NCBI GenBank assembly: GCA_963848135.1
Contig: CAWKCK010000017.1
Coordinates: forward strand, 1,148,538-1,212,537
DNA length: 64,000 nt
Origin: an uncultured delta proteobacterium
Lineage (GTDB): Bacteria > Desulfobacterota > Desulfobacteria > Desulfobacterales > SG8-13
Direction: 5' to 3'
Positions 51,458-62,514 of the stretch are shown here, piece after piece; within the stretch, counting starts at the first letter, position 1, and each line of letters opens with the position of its first letter. A program made the translations under genes and the position numbers. The notes beneath the pieces are model-generated. The model was not told where the DNA came from, searched no databases, and worked only from the letters and a program-made list of their open reading frames with translations.

Positions 51458-52837
51458 ATGACCAGTGTAACTGGAATGCTCACCTTGGATTCTCTCTCCC
51501 GTCTTGTGGCCGATGAACAGATCGACACGGTGGCGGTCGTTTTCCCGGATATTTACGGGCGCCTTATGGGAAAGCGGATCGACGGTAAATTTTTTATAGA
51601 CCACATTGCCAAAGAGGGAACCCATGCCTGTAATTACCTGCTGACGGTCGATATGGAAATGACGCCTGTTCCCGGTTACGATTTTGCCAACTGGGAAAAG
51701 GGTTATGGTGACTTTCATCTGGTACCGGATTTGAAGACGCTGCGGAAGATCAGCTGGCAGGATCGGACCGCCATGGTATTCTGTGACCTGCACAACTCAT
51801 CGGACCGCACCCCGGTTGCACTGGCACCACGGTCGATTCTCAGAAAACAGGTACAGTCGGCCGCCGGACAGGGATTCCGGGCAATGGTCGGATCTGAGCT
51901 GGAGTATTTCCTGTTCAGAGACTCTTACCGGGATGCCAATCGAAAGAAATATACCGCCCTCGAGCCGGCAGGTTGGTATCTCGAAGACTATCATATGCTC
52001 CAGGGCACACGCGAGGAGAACTTCAACGGCGCCGTCCGGCGCCATTTATCCCGTTCCGGAATTCCGGTGGAGTGCTCGAAAGGAGAATGGGGCCGCGGTC
52101 AGCATGAAATCAATGTCCGGTACTGTGACGCCCTGGAGATGGCCGACCGCCACACCGTCTACAAGCAGTGCATGAAGGAAGTCGCCGATCAACTTGATTG
52201 CAGCGTAACTTTCATGGCAAAGTATGCTGCCGACCAGGCCGGTTCCAGTTCGCATATCCATTTGAGCCTGTGGAACACCAAAGGCAATGCGTTTGACGGC
52301 AATGAATCCATCGGCCCGATACAGGGCTCGGAGACATTTCGCTGGTTTTTAGGGGGCTGGCTGGCCCACGTACCAGAATTCATGGTTTTTTACGCGCCAA
52401 CGGTGAATGCCTACAAACGCTACCGCAGCGGTTCCTGGGCGCCAACGCGTATCGCCTGGAGCCACGACAATCGCACAGCCGGTTTCAGGGTTGTCGGCCA
52501 GGGGAGCAGCCTTCGCATCGAATGCCGTATCCCGGGAGCCGATTGCAACCCGTATCTGGCGATTGCCGCCGCCATCGCCTCGGGCATGGACGGTATTGCC
52601 AACCGTATCGAACCGCCCGAGAACTTCGCTGGAGACGTATATGCCGCTTCGAATCTCGCCCGTGTTCCACAGCATCTGTCGGCAGCACAGCTGAATTTCC
52701 AGAACAGCAGTTTTGTACGCCAGGTCCTCGGTGATGCGGTAGTAGACCATTACGCCCGGTTCTTCGCGGTTGAACAGGAAGCCTTCGAAAATGCGGTCAC
52801 GGACTGGGAACGTCAACGCTATTTTGAAAGGATCTAA
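51458..52837 (+). CDS. Glutamine synthetase-like protein (gamma-glutamyl-amine ligase, PuuA-like)
   Basis: GRLMGKR, ELEY, GQHEIN, TFMAK, GSSSHIH, NRTAGFR, ECRIPG; ATG 51458 preferred. Confidence 0.88.
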   Translation: MTSVTGMLTLDSLSRLVADEQIDTVAVVFPDIYGRLMGKRIDGKFFIDHIAKEGTHACNYLLTVDMEMTPVPGYDFANWEKGYGDFHLVPDLKTLRKISWQDRTAMVFCDLHNSSDRTPVALAPRSILRKQVQSAAGQGFRAMVGSELEYFLFRDSYRDANRKKYTALEPAGWYLEDYHMLQGTREENFNGAVRRHLSRSGIPVECSKGEWGRGQHEINVRYCDALEMADRHTVYKQCMKEVADQLDCSVTFMAKYAADQAGSSSHIHLSLWNTKGNAFDGNESIGPIQGSETFRWFLGGWLAHVPEFMVFYAPTVNAYKRYRSGSWAPTRIAWSHDNRTAGFRVVGQGSSLRIECRIPGADCNPYLAIAAAIASGMDGIANRIEPPENFAGDVYAASNLARVPQHLSAAQLNFQNSSFVRQVLGDAVVDHYARFFAVEQEAFENAVTDWERQRYFERI

Positions 52838-52839
52838 GG

Positions 52840-53613
52840 ATGAGACTGAAAGGTAAAGTGGCTGTTATTACTGGTGCGGCCAGCGGCATCGGAAGAGCAT
52901 CGGCGCTGCTCTTCGCCGGCGAAGGCGCCGCGGTGGCAGCCTGCGATATCAATGAAGACGGCGCCGCGGAAACCGTTTCCCTAATCCGCAAAACCGGCGG
53001 TGAAGCGCTCAGCGTGCATGCGGATGTATCGCAAGCCGTTGATTGCAAGAAAATGATCGCCATTGCCGAAAAAAATTTCGGAACAATCAACATCTTGTTC
53101 AACAATGCCGGCATTATGGACGGCCGGGATGACAATGCGGTGACCACCGACGAGGCGGTCTGGGATCTTACCATGGCGATCAACCTGAAAGGCGTATTTC
53201 TGGGGTGCAAATACGGAATACCCGCCCTGAAGAGAGCCGGTGGTGGGGCCGTGATTAATACCGCCTCGTTTGTGGCGATTCTCGGCGCCGCCACGCCACA
53301 GATTGCCTATACCGCCAGCAAGGGCGGGGTGCTGGCCATGACGCGCGAGCTTGCCGTCGTGCACGCTCGGGAAAATATTCGTGTAAACGCTCTCTGCCCC
53401 GGACCACTGAAGACCGAGCTTCTAATGAAATTTCTCGACACCGAAGATAAGCGTCAGCGGCGCCTGATTCACGTCCCTATGGGTCGCTTCGGCGAAACCG
53501 ATGAAATGGCACGGGCAGCCCTATTCCTGGCCTCGGACGAGGCCTCCTATATTACGGGTGCGACCTTCACGGTTGACGGCGGCATCACTGCCGCTTATGT
53601 AACACCCGAGTAA
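52840..53613 (+). CDS. Short-chain dehydrogenase/reductase
   Basis: TGAASGIG, NNAG, YTASK. Confidence 0.92.
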   Translation: MRLKGKVAVITGAASGIGRASALLFAGEGAAVAACDINEDGAAETVSLIRKTGGEALSVHADVSQAVDCKKMIAIAEKNFGTINILFNNAGIMDGRDDNAVTTDEAVWDLTMAINLKGVFLGCKYGIPALKRAGGGAVINTASFVAILGAATPQIAYTASKGGVLAMTRELAVVHARENIRVNALCPGPLKTELLMKFLDTEDKRQRRLIHVPMGRFGETDEMARAALFLASDEASYITGATFTVDGGITAAYVTPE

Positions 53614-53749
53614 CTCTATAGGCAATTCAATGACCTCCCGCAAAATCGGATGAGTGGTATGTTAACCGCTCAAAGCGGCCATTTAAGACCATCAGCGCAC
53701 GCAATCCGCCGGCCATTGAATTTTTCTCAAATATCTCCCTTCAATTGAA

Positions 53750-53992
53750 TCAGACCATCGATTGATCTAATCGCATTTTGCGAAACCATTTTTCCATGTC
53801 CGCACCTTTGTTCCAACTTTCGATCAACCCTTCTAAAATATCAATTTTCCGTTGCTTCTCATTATTTATTTCTTTTTGAATTTGTTCATCTGTAAAGGAC
53901 GACTCATCAACGCTTCCGGAAACCAATCGTACCCGAAGTTTCACAGTGTGTTCAAATTCGTGATCGACAAAATCAAATGCAATCTCACTCAT
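53750..53992 (-). CDS. Hypothetical 80-aa protein
   Basis: GAGGG RBS, protein-like composition. Confidence 0.5.
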   Translation of the reverse strand: MSEIAFDFVDHEFEHTVKLRVRLVSGSVDESSFTDEQIQKEINNEKQRKIDILEGLIESWNKGADMEKWFRKMRLDQSMV

Positions 53993-54523
53993 TTTTTTCC
54001 CTCATGGTTCAGAAGACTTATTTTCTGATATTCTGTGGAAAACGGTATGTCATTGGGTCGAGATTTTACCCCGCTCGGGTGGCATCTAAAATACCTGTGG
54101 CAACGCTTAACCAGTCCACGATTATACTGAACACCATGCCTAAAAGAACCACATCTGCCGATTACAATTTCACATCACAAGCGGATGTCACCGTATTGTG
54201 TAAATAGGATATCCCAAGTGTTTATTCAATAAAAATCCCGTGAATCTAAATCGAATCGACAAAACCCCAAATCTGATAATTGTTTCCGTATTAATGTGGC
54301 GTTTTCATATCTGTCATATTTGTTTGAGGAAACAGCTCATTTGGCATTTTGTTCTCATCTGGTGAAACGGTGATTACTAATAGAAAGATTTAGAATGTTA
54401 CTATTTTCAGGTAGATATGTTAAAATATATCAATGCCATAATGAAAGGCACCAAGCGTACGGCAATAAATAGGACCCAACTTCACACATTCTTTAAAAAT
54501 GCAACAGAAGTAAGGAATTGTAA

Positions 54524-55651
54524 GTGAAACCAGTCGGTAATAACCCGGAAGAGACAGTAAAATGGTATTTAGAGGCCGTGGCGGATACAGACAGGGAATG
54601 GATGGTTGCCGTCAAGCCACTTCCTTTTATCATTGGCCGCGATGAAGACTGCGAACTTAAGTTGACTGCCAAGCGGATTTCCAGGCGCCATTCCGAGATT
54701 CGTGAAAGTGGTGATCATCTTTGGATTCGCGATCTTGAAAGCACCAATGGCACTTTCGTGAACCACAAGAAGATCGAGCAGGCAGAATTGCTCGAATCGG
54801 GTGACATAATTTCCATTGGGGATTTTAATTTTTACATTAAAAACGTTGAATCTAATACAACATCCACGATGAGTAAAACTATCTCCATGGATATTTCTCA
54901 AGAGTTAAATTACTTGGACTCTATGAGGCCCAAGCTGCGAGCGTTGCTTTTTGAGCGAACCGTTATCCCTCATTTCCAACCAATCGTAAAGTTCTCAGAT
55001 ATGACAGTAACGGGGTACGAAATTCTCGGAAGGATTCCTAATGGAGACTTACCATCAAACCCTTCCGAGCTTCTAGAAATGGCTCAGTGTTTAGGGTATG
55101 CCTCTGAACTCAGCGCCCTTTTCCGTGATGTAGGCGTTGACATTGGGAGAAACCTACCGGGATCTCCTATTTTGTTTGTCAATACGACGCCAATGGAAGT
55201 TTACAAGATGAATGTTCTCTTAGAATCGCTAAGGAAGATTCATGATATGGTCCCCTCGAACAGAATCGTACTCGAAATTCATGAAAAGGCTATCACCGAC
55301 ATGAATGAGATGTCGAGACTCCGCAATGGGTTGGAAAAGCTGAACATAGGTCTGGCATTTGATGACTTCGGCGTTGGCCAAACGCGGCTGATGGAGCTCG
55401 CAAAGGCGCCTCCGGATTATCTTAAATTTGACGCATCCCTCATCCAGCATATCCACCTGGCACCGAGGCGGTTGCATCAAATGGTTTCTACCTTTGTCAA
55501 AGCAGCCCAAGACCTTGGAATTGCCACCATTGCAGAGGGAATTGAATGCTCTAATGAGGCTGAAAAATGCCAACAGCTTGGCTTTAATTTCGCGCAAGGC
55601 TTTTTCTATGGCAGGCCTTTGCCCATAACCGAAATCAATATCAGCTCATAA
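54524..55651 (+). CDS. FHA-EAL c-di-GMP phosphodiesterase
   Basis: IGR..ISRRH..STNGTFVN; FQPIV, EIL, FVN, LEIHE, DDFG, LKFD, AEGIE, QGF. Confidence 0.9.
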   Translation: MKPVGNNPEETVKWYLEAVADTDREWMVAVKPLPFIIGRDEDCELKLTAKRISRRHSEIRESGDHLWIRDLESTNGTFVNHKKIEQAELLESGDIISIGDFNFYIKNVESNTTSTMSKTISMDISQELNYLDSMRPKLRALLFERTVIPHFQPIVKFSDMTVTGYEILGRIPNGDLPSNPSELLEMAQCLGYASELSALFRDVGVDIGRNLPGSPILFVNTTPMEVYKMNVLLESLRKIHDMVPSNRIVLEIHEKAITDMNEMSRLRNGLEKLNIGLAFDDFGVGQTRLMELAKAPPDYLKFDASLIQHIHLAPRRLHQMVSTFVKAAQDLGIATIAEGIECSNEAEKCQQLGFNFAQGFFYGRPLPITEINISS

Positions 55652-56154
55652 TAGATAAATCCCTTTAATCACCAGGTCATATCCCTCGAAAATCCTCAAA
55701 AACTAAAATTCGTATTGTGAAAATGAATCGCAACTGCGCCTATTTAAGGAGAATGTATTCAGCCGTTCCGACTATTGACAGTACAATTTTAGTACATAAA
55801 CTACTTCTCATCGGGATATAAATGCCTTAAGAGGGTCATGTATTGACCGCTATACCATAAATTTCTCTTCAAACAATCATTCTTCCATCTTCCTTTACTC
55901 CCGGACACAGCGGTACTTTTTGGGCAGAAAGAGTAGCGTTCCATTCGCAGAAAAATCTGCCGGACAGTATACCACTTCTCTATTTGTCTCAAACTTCAGA
56001 TTTAACATAAGGGAGCAATCTTACTGCTGACCACAAAACGCGAACCTGCACCCCGACTCTATAATTGGTATTTTAGTCAAAGATGAACACCGATTTTTAT
56101 ACAATAACGTCATGCATAACGAATCACGCCATATTCGCCATAGGAGAATAAGTT

Positions 56155-56574
56155 ATGTCAACAGAAACTGAAGTCCGCAAAATTTCAGAACAATTCTACA
56201 AAGCATTGAACCGTATGGTCAATGGGGATGCCGGTCCACTGGCAGACATCTGGTCGCACAGCAAGACCGTTACGACCATGCACCCGAGAGGTGGGCGAGA
56301 AATCGGCTGGGATGCCGTCAGGGAATCGTTTGAGCAAGTCGCCCAATTGTCCTCAGACGGAAAGGTTGGACTGAAAGATCAACTCATCCAGGTCGCCGGG
56401 GATGTGGCCTACGAAATAGGCACCGAGCATGGGCAGTTTAGGCTTGCCGGACAGCAGGTCACCATCGATCATCGCGTCACGAACATCTATCGCCATGAAT
56501 CGGGGGTGTGGAAGATCGTCCATCACCATACTGATGTTTCTCCGAATATGTTGGATGTGATCAGTCACATGTAA
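56155..56574 (+). CDS. SnoaL/NTF2-like domain protein
   Basis: GWDAVRES, GDVAY, RVTNIY..WKIVHHH. Confidence 0.85.
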   Translation: MSTETEVRKISEQFYKALNRMVNGDAGPLADIWSHSKTVTTMHPRGGREIGWDAVRESFEQVAQLSSDGKVGLKDQLIQVAGDVAYEIGTEHGQFRLAGQQVTIDHRVTNIYRHESGVWKIVHHHTDVSPNMLDVISHM

Positions 56575-56632
56575 GCCGATACGTAAGCAACCTTATTATC
56601 GCTCGGTATGCCAAGTTCACGGCTGGCAGTGC

Positions 56633-56899
56633 GTGTTCGGGCATGTACAGAGGTCTGCGGCTCTGGGAGGCTGCTGTGAAAGTGGCCGGCTCGCTAAGAC
56701 AAGAGAGGATGTCATCAATGCACTAAACCACGCAAAGATCGCTGAGGGGCCGGGGGATCCAGGGGAAATGGTGCCCGGTCAGCATCTCGTTCGAATGAAC
56801 ATGTACATTGCCCAGGCAAACAACGGTACTTTCAAGATTGTCGAGAGCCTGGGGGGCATTAATCCAAAGGAGTGCATGCAAGGTTTATATAGTAAGTAA
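56633..56899 (+). pseudogene. C-terminal fragment of an ABC (amide/branched-chain type) substrate-binding protein
   Basis: ALNHAKIAEGPG..MVPGQH.VRMNMYIAQA..G.FKIV; no signal peptide or N-terminal domain. Confidence 0.55.
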
Positions 56900-57048
56900 A
56901 CAAGATCCGTGTCGATGACCTCTTGGTGGCCTTGAGCGCGTCGAACAATGGCTGACGAGAATCGCGGGGCACAGCGTATAGCGGTCCGGTTGCAACAACC
57001 GGCGCTACAACCGGACCGCCAGGCGCACACTCTCGAAGGAATAGATCC

Positions 57049-57210
57049 ATGAGAAATGTAATTCGTCAATCAGTCGTATTATCAGCTTCCCCTGAAAAAC
57101 TATTTGAAATGTACATTAATCCCTCGACCCACCAGGCCATCACGGGTGAGCCGATCGATATTGGAGATAAAAGAGGTTCTGAATTAAAGATGGTCCTTTC
57201 CATGATTTGA
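57049..57210 (+). pseudogene. N-terminal fragment of an SRPBCC/AHA1-domain protein
   Basis: MRNVIRQSVVLSASPEKLFEMYINPSTHQAITG..., stops after 53 aa. Confidence 0.55.
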
Positions 57211-57245
57211 TAGTAACAGACTAAATTGATAAAGAGGACGTCGCC

Positions 57246-58148
57246 ATGAAAAACGTATTGAGAACCCCGGATGAACGCTTCCTTGATCTTCCTGATTTCC
57301 CGTTCGATCCGGTTTACATCGACGATTTAAAGGACTTTGAAGGCTTACGGATGCACTACGTAGACGAAGGCCCTCAAATTGCAAATAACGTTTTTCTGTG
57401 TTTGCACGGCGAACCAACATGGGGCTTCCTTTACCGGAAAATGATCCCGCGTTTTACGGATGCGGGTAATCGCGTGGTCGCACCGGATTTTTTCGGTTTC
57501 GGTCGTTCAGACAAACCGGTGGACGAAACAGTGTATACGTTTGAATTTCACCGCAATTCGCTGATTGCCTTTATTGATCATTTAGACCTTAAAAACATCA
57601 CCCTCGTTTGCCAGGACTGGGGCGGTCTTCTGGGGCTCACATTGCCAATGATCATGCCGGAACGATTTTCCCGCCTGCTCATCATGAACACAACTCTCGG
57701 TACTGGTGATGTTCAACTTTCCCAAGGCTTTCTCGATTGGCGCTCCTGGGTTAGAAAGAATCCTGACCTTTCACCTGCCAGGCTGCTAAAGCTCACCTGT
57801 CCGCATTTGTCGGAGCGAGAGTGTGATGCTTATGACGCACCATTTCCGGATACCAACTACAAAGCCGGTGTTCGTTGTTTCCCTGAATTGGTGCCTGATC
57901 GACCCGCCGCACCCGGCGCGGAATTGTCACGCAGAGCACGCGAGTGGTTGCGCAACAAGTGGACCGGGCCGGTATTCATGGCCGTTGGGATGAAAGATCC
58001 AGTACTGGGCCCACCGGTGATGCAGGTACTTCGCAATGACATTCGGAACTGCCCCGAACCATATGAACTTCATGAGGCCGGGCATTTTGTTCAAGAATGG
58101 GGTGAAGAGGTTGCCACAGAAGCGCTGGAGGCTTTGAACAATAACTAA
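57246..58148 (+). CDS. Haloalkane dehalogenase (alpha/beta hydrolase)
   Basis: RTPDERF, LHGEPTW, GFGRSDKP, QDWGG nucleophile elbow, AYDAPFP, AGHFVQE. Confidence 0.88.
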   Translation: MKNVLRTPDERFLDLPDFPFDPVYIDDLKDFEGLRMHYVDEGPQIANNVFLCLHGEPTWGFLYRKMIPRFTDAGNRVVAPDFFGFGRSDKPVDETVYTFEFHRNSLIAFIDHLDLKNITLVCQDWGGLLGLTLPMIMPERFSRLLIMNTTLGTGDVQLSQGFLDWRSWVRKNPDLSPARLLKLTCPHLSERECDAYDAPFPDTNYKAGVRCFPELVPDRPAAPGAELSRRAREWLRNKWTGPVFMAVGMKDPVLGPPVMQVLRNDIRNCPEPYELHEAGHFVQEWGEEVATEALEALNNN

Positions 58149-58255
58149 ACCCGCTTGGTAAAATCTCTGTAATAGAATGAAATCAAGAGCCTTCGAATGT
58201 GGTTCAAAAAATTCTGATTCGTATTTTATAAACACCCAAACATGAGGAGGAAATA

Positions 58256-58807
58256 ATGAAAAACTTGACGCTCAATTATGAAACCCTCATCAAGATCTCT
58301 CGATCCCTATCAAAATCAAAGGATCCGGAAAAAATCATCCAAATGACCGTGGAGAGTATCAAAACAGCTTTAGGCATCAAGGGATGCGCATTGTTTTTGG
58401 TTAATACGCAGTCAAAAGAATTGGAGGTTGCTGCTTCGACAGGACTAAGCTCTGAGTATTTGAACAAGGGCAAAGTGAGCGTTTTACGCTCGATTGCCGA
58501 ATCTCTTGAAGATGGCCCGGTAGCAGTTTATGATGTAAGCGATGACCCCAGGATACAATATCCCGAGGCCGCCAAAAAGGAGGGCATCGCCTCCATACTT
58601 TCTGTACCTATCTTTGTCGGTGATGCAGCCATCGGTGCAGTGCGGGTTTATGCATCCGAAAAATGGGAATTTACATTGGACGATGTCAACTTCGTTCAAG
58701 CTTTGGCCCAGATTGCAGGCATCCTAATAGAAATGAGTCGTTTATACAAAGGTCAGAATGAATACATTGACGTCTTGACAATTAGTTGTGAGTCTCCAGC
58801 TCTATAG
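58256..58807 (+). CDS. Stand-alone GAF domain protein
   Basis: GLSSEYLNKG, DDPRIQYP..EGIASILSVP. Confidence 0.85.
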   Translation: MKNLTLNYETLIKISRSLSKSKDPEKIIQMTVESIKTALGIKGCALFLVNTQSKELEVAASTGLSSEYLNKGKVSVLRSIAESLEDGPVAVYDVSDDPRIQYPEAAKKEGIASILSVPIFVGDAAIGAVRVYASEKWEFTLDDVNFVQALAQIAGILIEMSRLYKGQNEYIDVLTISCESPAL

Positions 58808-59006
58808 ATTTATGCCAAATCCGTAACCGTAGGTACTTTTTATTTTACCGCATTTACCGACATCAAGGCATTGTGTTTGGGTTTTTTAACCTATCCTTCC
58901 TTAGGGACAATTACCCTATTATGGTAAAATATGCCCATTTAAACGTGGTTTTACCCTATTGAAAAAGCTCCAGAACATCGATATGTGATACCTAATTTGA
59001 GCGATT

Positions 59007-59107
59007 GTCGGGGTTGCCGCAGCTACAAGGAAGATGTCGTTCCGCTATAGTCAGCTATGCGGAACGGCATATGACGCCTTAGAGGCGGCAAGATCGGCAA
59101 TCCCGAC
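59007..59107. other. GC-rich nested palindrome (REP-like element or ncRNA candidate)
   Basis: gtcggggttgccg pairs with cggcaatcccgac; inner atgtcgttccgc pairs with gcggaacggcat. Confidence 0.45.
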
Positions 59108-59313
59108 GGGTTTCAAATTTTAAAATCAAACTTTGTTAGAATTCCTTATAAATAAAGCAGTTCCCCCTCCATTTAAAATTTGAAACGCTCACTTTAGGTG
59201 AAAATAATATTAAAGTTTACCCGACATGTTCTTGACCTCCAGATCGATATAAATACTGATCTGTCTCCTTTGCTAAGACGCTACTAAATCTCCTTCCGTT
59301 TCCTCCTGCTGGA

Positions 59314-59820
59314 GAGAGCCGTCGAAGTCTTGAGAACCGAGCTCTGGAAGACAAGATCCGCGTCTTTCATGCCGCCAGTCACGGCATCTACGGATCACCC
59401 AAGATTCACCGGGATCTTATCGATGATGGCGTGCGATGCGGTAAAAACCGTGTCGCCCGAATCATGCGTGAAGCCGGTATCCGGTCTCGGACCAAAAAGA
59501 AATTCAAAGCGACGACCAACTCCCGGCACAACCTGCCGGTAGCGCCAAACCTGCTGAACCAGGATTTCACTGTGGATGCTCCTGACCGTACTTGGGTTAG
59601 CGATATTACCTACATCCATACCGAGAAAGGATGGCTATATCTGGCCGTGCTGCTGGATCTGTTCAACCGCGAGATCGTCGGTTGGGCAACCTCATCTCGG
59701 ATGACCCGCCAACTGGCGATTGATGCACTGCAGATGGCTCTTGGCCGTCGAACTCCTGCACAGGGCTTGATTCACCACTCGGATCGGGGCAGTCAATACG
59801 CTTCCGGCGATTATCAAACA
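59314..59820 (+). mobile_element. IS3-family transposase OrfB internal fragment
   Basis: YGSPKI, NRVARIM, NLLNQDF..WVSDITY, LDLF.REIVGW, HHSDRGSQY; truncated before the catalytic Glu; no OrfA or inverted repeats seen. Confidence 0.9.
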
Positions 59821-60032
59821 GCAATTGGTTCGTTTTACGCAAAAACGAAAAATCAAAAATTGGCAATTTTTAACCCTTAACTTTCTTGGTTAAAAACATG
59901 AAACAAGGTTTTGGGAAGATGCCAAAATGCCTCTGGGGAATATTTTGTCCTTCATAGAGGCCTCTTTTCAGCTTTACCAGGAATCTATTCGGTATTTAAC
60001 CAGATCGCGGTATAGATTGGAGGGCTGATAAA

Positions 60033-60518
60033 ATGAAAACGATATTGGTTTCTCTGGCCTTAGTCGGCTTCGGTATTTTCTTCACCACAAAATCATATCC
60101 AACATGTTTAAACAGATATAATGATAAAAATTGTGAAAGTAATCTAAATTACTACCTATCCCAATACTTTCACATTGCCGCCGACATTATTATATACCCC
60201 AAAGTCCTCAATCTCAAAAGCAAACGCAAAACAATTATATCAGGGATCAGGTTGCATGACGGGTATGATCCTCATGACATTGACGGGGATTCCATCGAAT
60301 TATCCGTTCAGTCCTGCGTGGTCTGCAAAATAATCTATCCGGATTGTGGGTATCCTTCGCACGGGCGCTACATCTCCGTTTTCCCACGACCGGGCCTGAT
60401 TGATGATATCGAGACCGTCGCGCTTGAATTTCCTACCAAGTTAGAGCTAAAAATAACCGGTGAGCTAAAGGACGGGACCCCCTTTGAGGGGTTGGATATT
60501 ATTTGGGTTGTCAAATGA
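60033..60518 (+). CDS. Hypothetical exported protein
   Basis: Signal-peptide-like N-terminus; GGAGG RBS; C-terminus ITGELKDGTPFEG. Confidence 0.6.
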   Translation: MKTILVSLALVGFGIFFTTKSYPTCLNRYNDKNCESNLNYYLSQYFHIAADIIIYPKVLNLKSKRKTIISGIRLHDGYDPHDIDGDSIELSVQSCVVCKIIYPDCGYPSHGRYISVFPRPGLIDDIETVALEFPTKLELKITGELKDGTPFEGLDIIWVVK

Positions 60519-60997
60519 AAATAGTGCAAAGAAAAATAGACCAAGGTCGATGCAACGATGCAAGTTTCTTTTCCCTAATTCATGACTTATGCCAAGGCGT
60601 TGTTGATCGCCTGTTTTTCGCTTTCGTTTAACGCACGAAACTTTTCAGTCTATCGGATCCACCGCAGTGTAACCCATTGTTCTTGAATTGAATAATTTTA
60701 TATATGTCTTCGGTTGGACAGATCAAATTCATTCTCGGTAGGAGATACGCCCATCATAAAGGAAATATTCCCACTAAAATGTATGTTTCCCTCTATTGAA
60801 AAACCTTAGAGAGCAAATATATACATGTTTATTGGAAGTTACCTCAAATCGGGGCCATCAGTAAATCCATGCCGGTGATTTTTGACAATCTTTTCAGAAG
60901 TGTTCCTTCTGAATTAAGCGTCGTGAATCGTCGGTAGTTAGACTATCATAGTGGCTCTCGTATCGATGACGGCGGACAAGTGTAGCGAGGTCAAATA

Positions 60998-61501
60998 ATG
61001 GAGTCAGAGACAAGACGGAAATATCCACGCCTCCCTGGTCAAATTTCAATTTTGTATGCAGGATATGACTCTGGGGGTTATGATAAAGCCATAATGCTTA
61101 ATAGCTGTCCGGATGGAATGTATTTTAAATCGGACTCGCCTGTTCAGCCACAATGTGATCTTTACATCAAAATCCAGGATCACCGGCGAGGGAGTTACGT
61201 GCCAGATCAGTATAAGGCTTTTCGAGCCAAGGTGAAATGGTGCCACAAGGTAAGGGGCGATAAGGTTCCGTGCTATGGCATTGGCGTTCAATACACAGCC
61301 AAGAGTCATCTCTCATACGGTATAAATTGTACCAACTCCGACTGTCTTTGCGATTTATGTGAGAAGCGATCCCCTACCAAATCGATCCATCGAACTGAAA
61401 CCGGACTGCAGTTGTGCCCCGATTGCTTAGAACATATGGAGACACTTTCCCGCTCCATGGTAGAATCTGTAGAGCGTTTTTTATTAAGAAACGTGGTTTA
61501 A
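60998..61501 (+). CDS. PilZ domain protein with C-terminal zinc finger
   Basis: RRKYPR, NSCPDGMY, AKVKWC, YGIGVQY; CDLC..LCPDC. Confidence 0.75.
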   Translation: MESETRRKYPRLPGQISILYAGYDSGGYDKAIMLNSCPDGMYFKSDSPVQPQCDLYIKIQDHRRGSYVPDQYKAFRAKVKWCHKVRGDKVPCYGIGVQYTAKSHLSYGINCTNSDCLCDLCEKRSPTKSIHRTETGLQLCPDCLEHMETLSRSMVESVERFLLRNVV

Positions 61502-61550
61502 TTGACACAGTTCATCGCAACAAATTTAGTGAATAAGGAGAGAATGACCT

Positions 61551-61853
61551 ATGGAAATGACATCAATCGCAAAAGATTTTATTGGCCTACAAAAACAAGC
61601 TTTCAATAATTTTTTCGACGCCGTGGCACTTATCCAAGACCAGACTGAAATAACGAACAGATTTTTTACCAAACAAATGCGTATCAGTGATGAAGCGCAA
61701 AGTTATGTCGATCAATGCCGAATGATTTTCAAGGATGGGCGTGACGAATCCCGAAGACTTGTCATTGAAAGCATCACTAACATGGAGAACTTTTGCGACG
61801 CTTTAGGATCGAATAGACGAATCGAAAAGAATATTGGCGCTTCAAAACCTTAA
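61551..61853 (+). CDS. Small helical hypothetical protein (phasin-like)
   Basis: QKQAFNNFFDAV..QDQTE amphipathic pattern; AAGGAG RBS. Confidence 0.55.
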   Translation: MEMTSIAKDFIGLQKQAFNNFFDAVALIQDQTEITNRFFTKQMRISDEAQSYVDQCRMIFKDGRDESRRLVIESITNMENFCDALGSNRRIEKNIGASKP

Positions 61854-62514
61854 CTGCCGTAAACTCCTTGAAGTGTTTGATACCCCGATAAAAGGTCTAT
61901 AAAAAACAAACGATCAGAGGTGATTGTCAAAAGCGATATCCATTAAAGTCGCCTTTTTACAGTACTGCATGCCTTAGTGTGGTCGCCAGAATGTAAGCCT
62001 TACCGTGCGAGATACTTACCAATTTATCTAACATAAATTACCCAAATCCGAAAAGTAAGAACAACGATTAACCGCAATTTTGATCGTACCTCAAACTTTT
62101 GGGTTAGCCTAACCATAACCTTCGAAAATCCTCAAAATCTGAACTTTCATGAGCTGGAAAGAAATCGTAACATTTCATCACACCGGTAACTTAACAATAC
62201 CCTTTGCAATAATATAAAGTTGGCGATATTAGAAGTATGTGATGTATCCACGATTTCCGATTATCATAGATGTCATATAGGCCATAGGCAGGTTTTTAAA
62301 GAAGACACGGGTTTGCTCATTCAGTAGGTTGCAGCGACCACATTAAGGTTTTAAATACAGCATTGTATTTTCTGCATAATTGATTCTATGATAAGCGCAA
62401 TGCTAAAATATAAATTATCAAAACATAAGTGATGTTCTCATGCATTGATACCGAAACCCTGTTTCTCAATCGAGAGGCGGATTTTTTGGTTCGTGTCCGA
62501 GGGGGGTGGATGTT

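Noticed and set aside
56941..57040. Hairpin as an integron attC site or group II intron end
   Set aside because: No clear RYYYAAC/GTTRRRY boxes or domain V motif, and no integrase or maturase in the window
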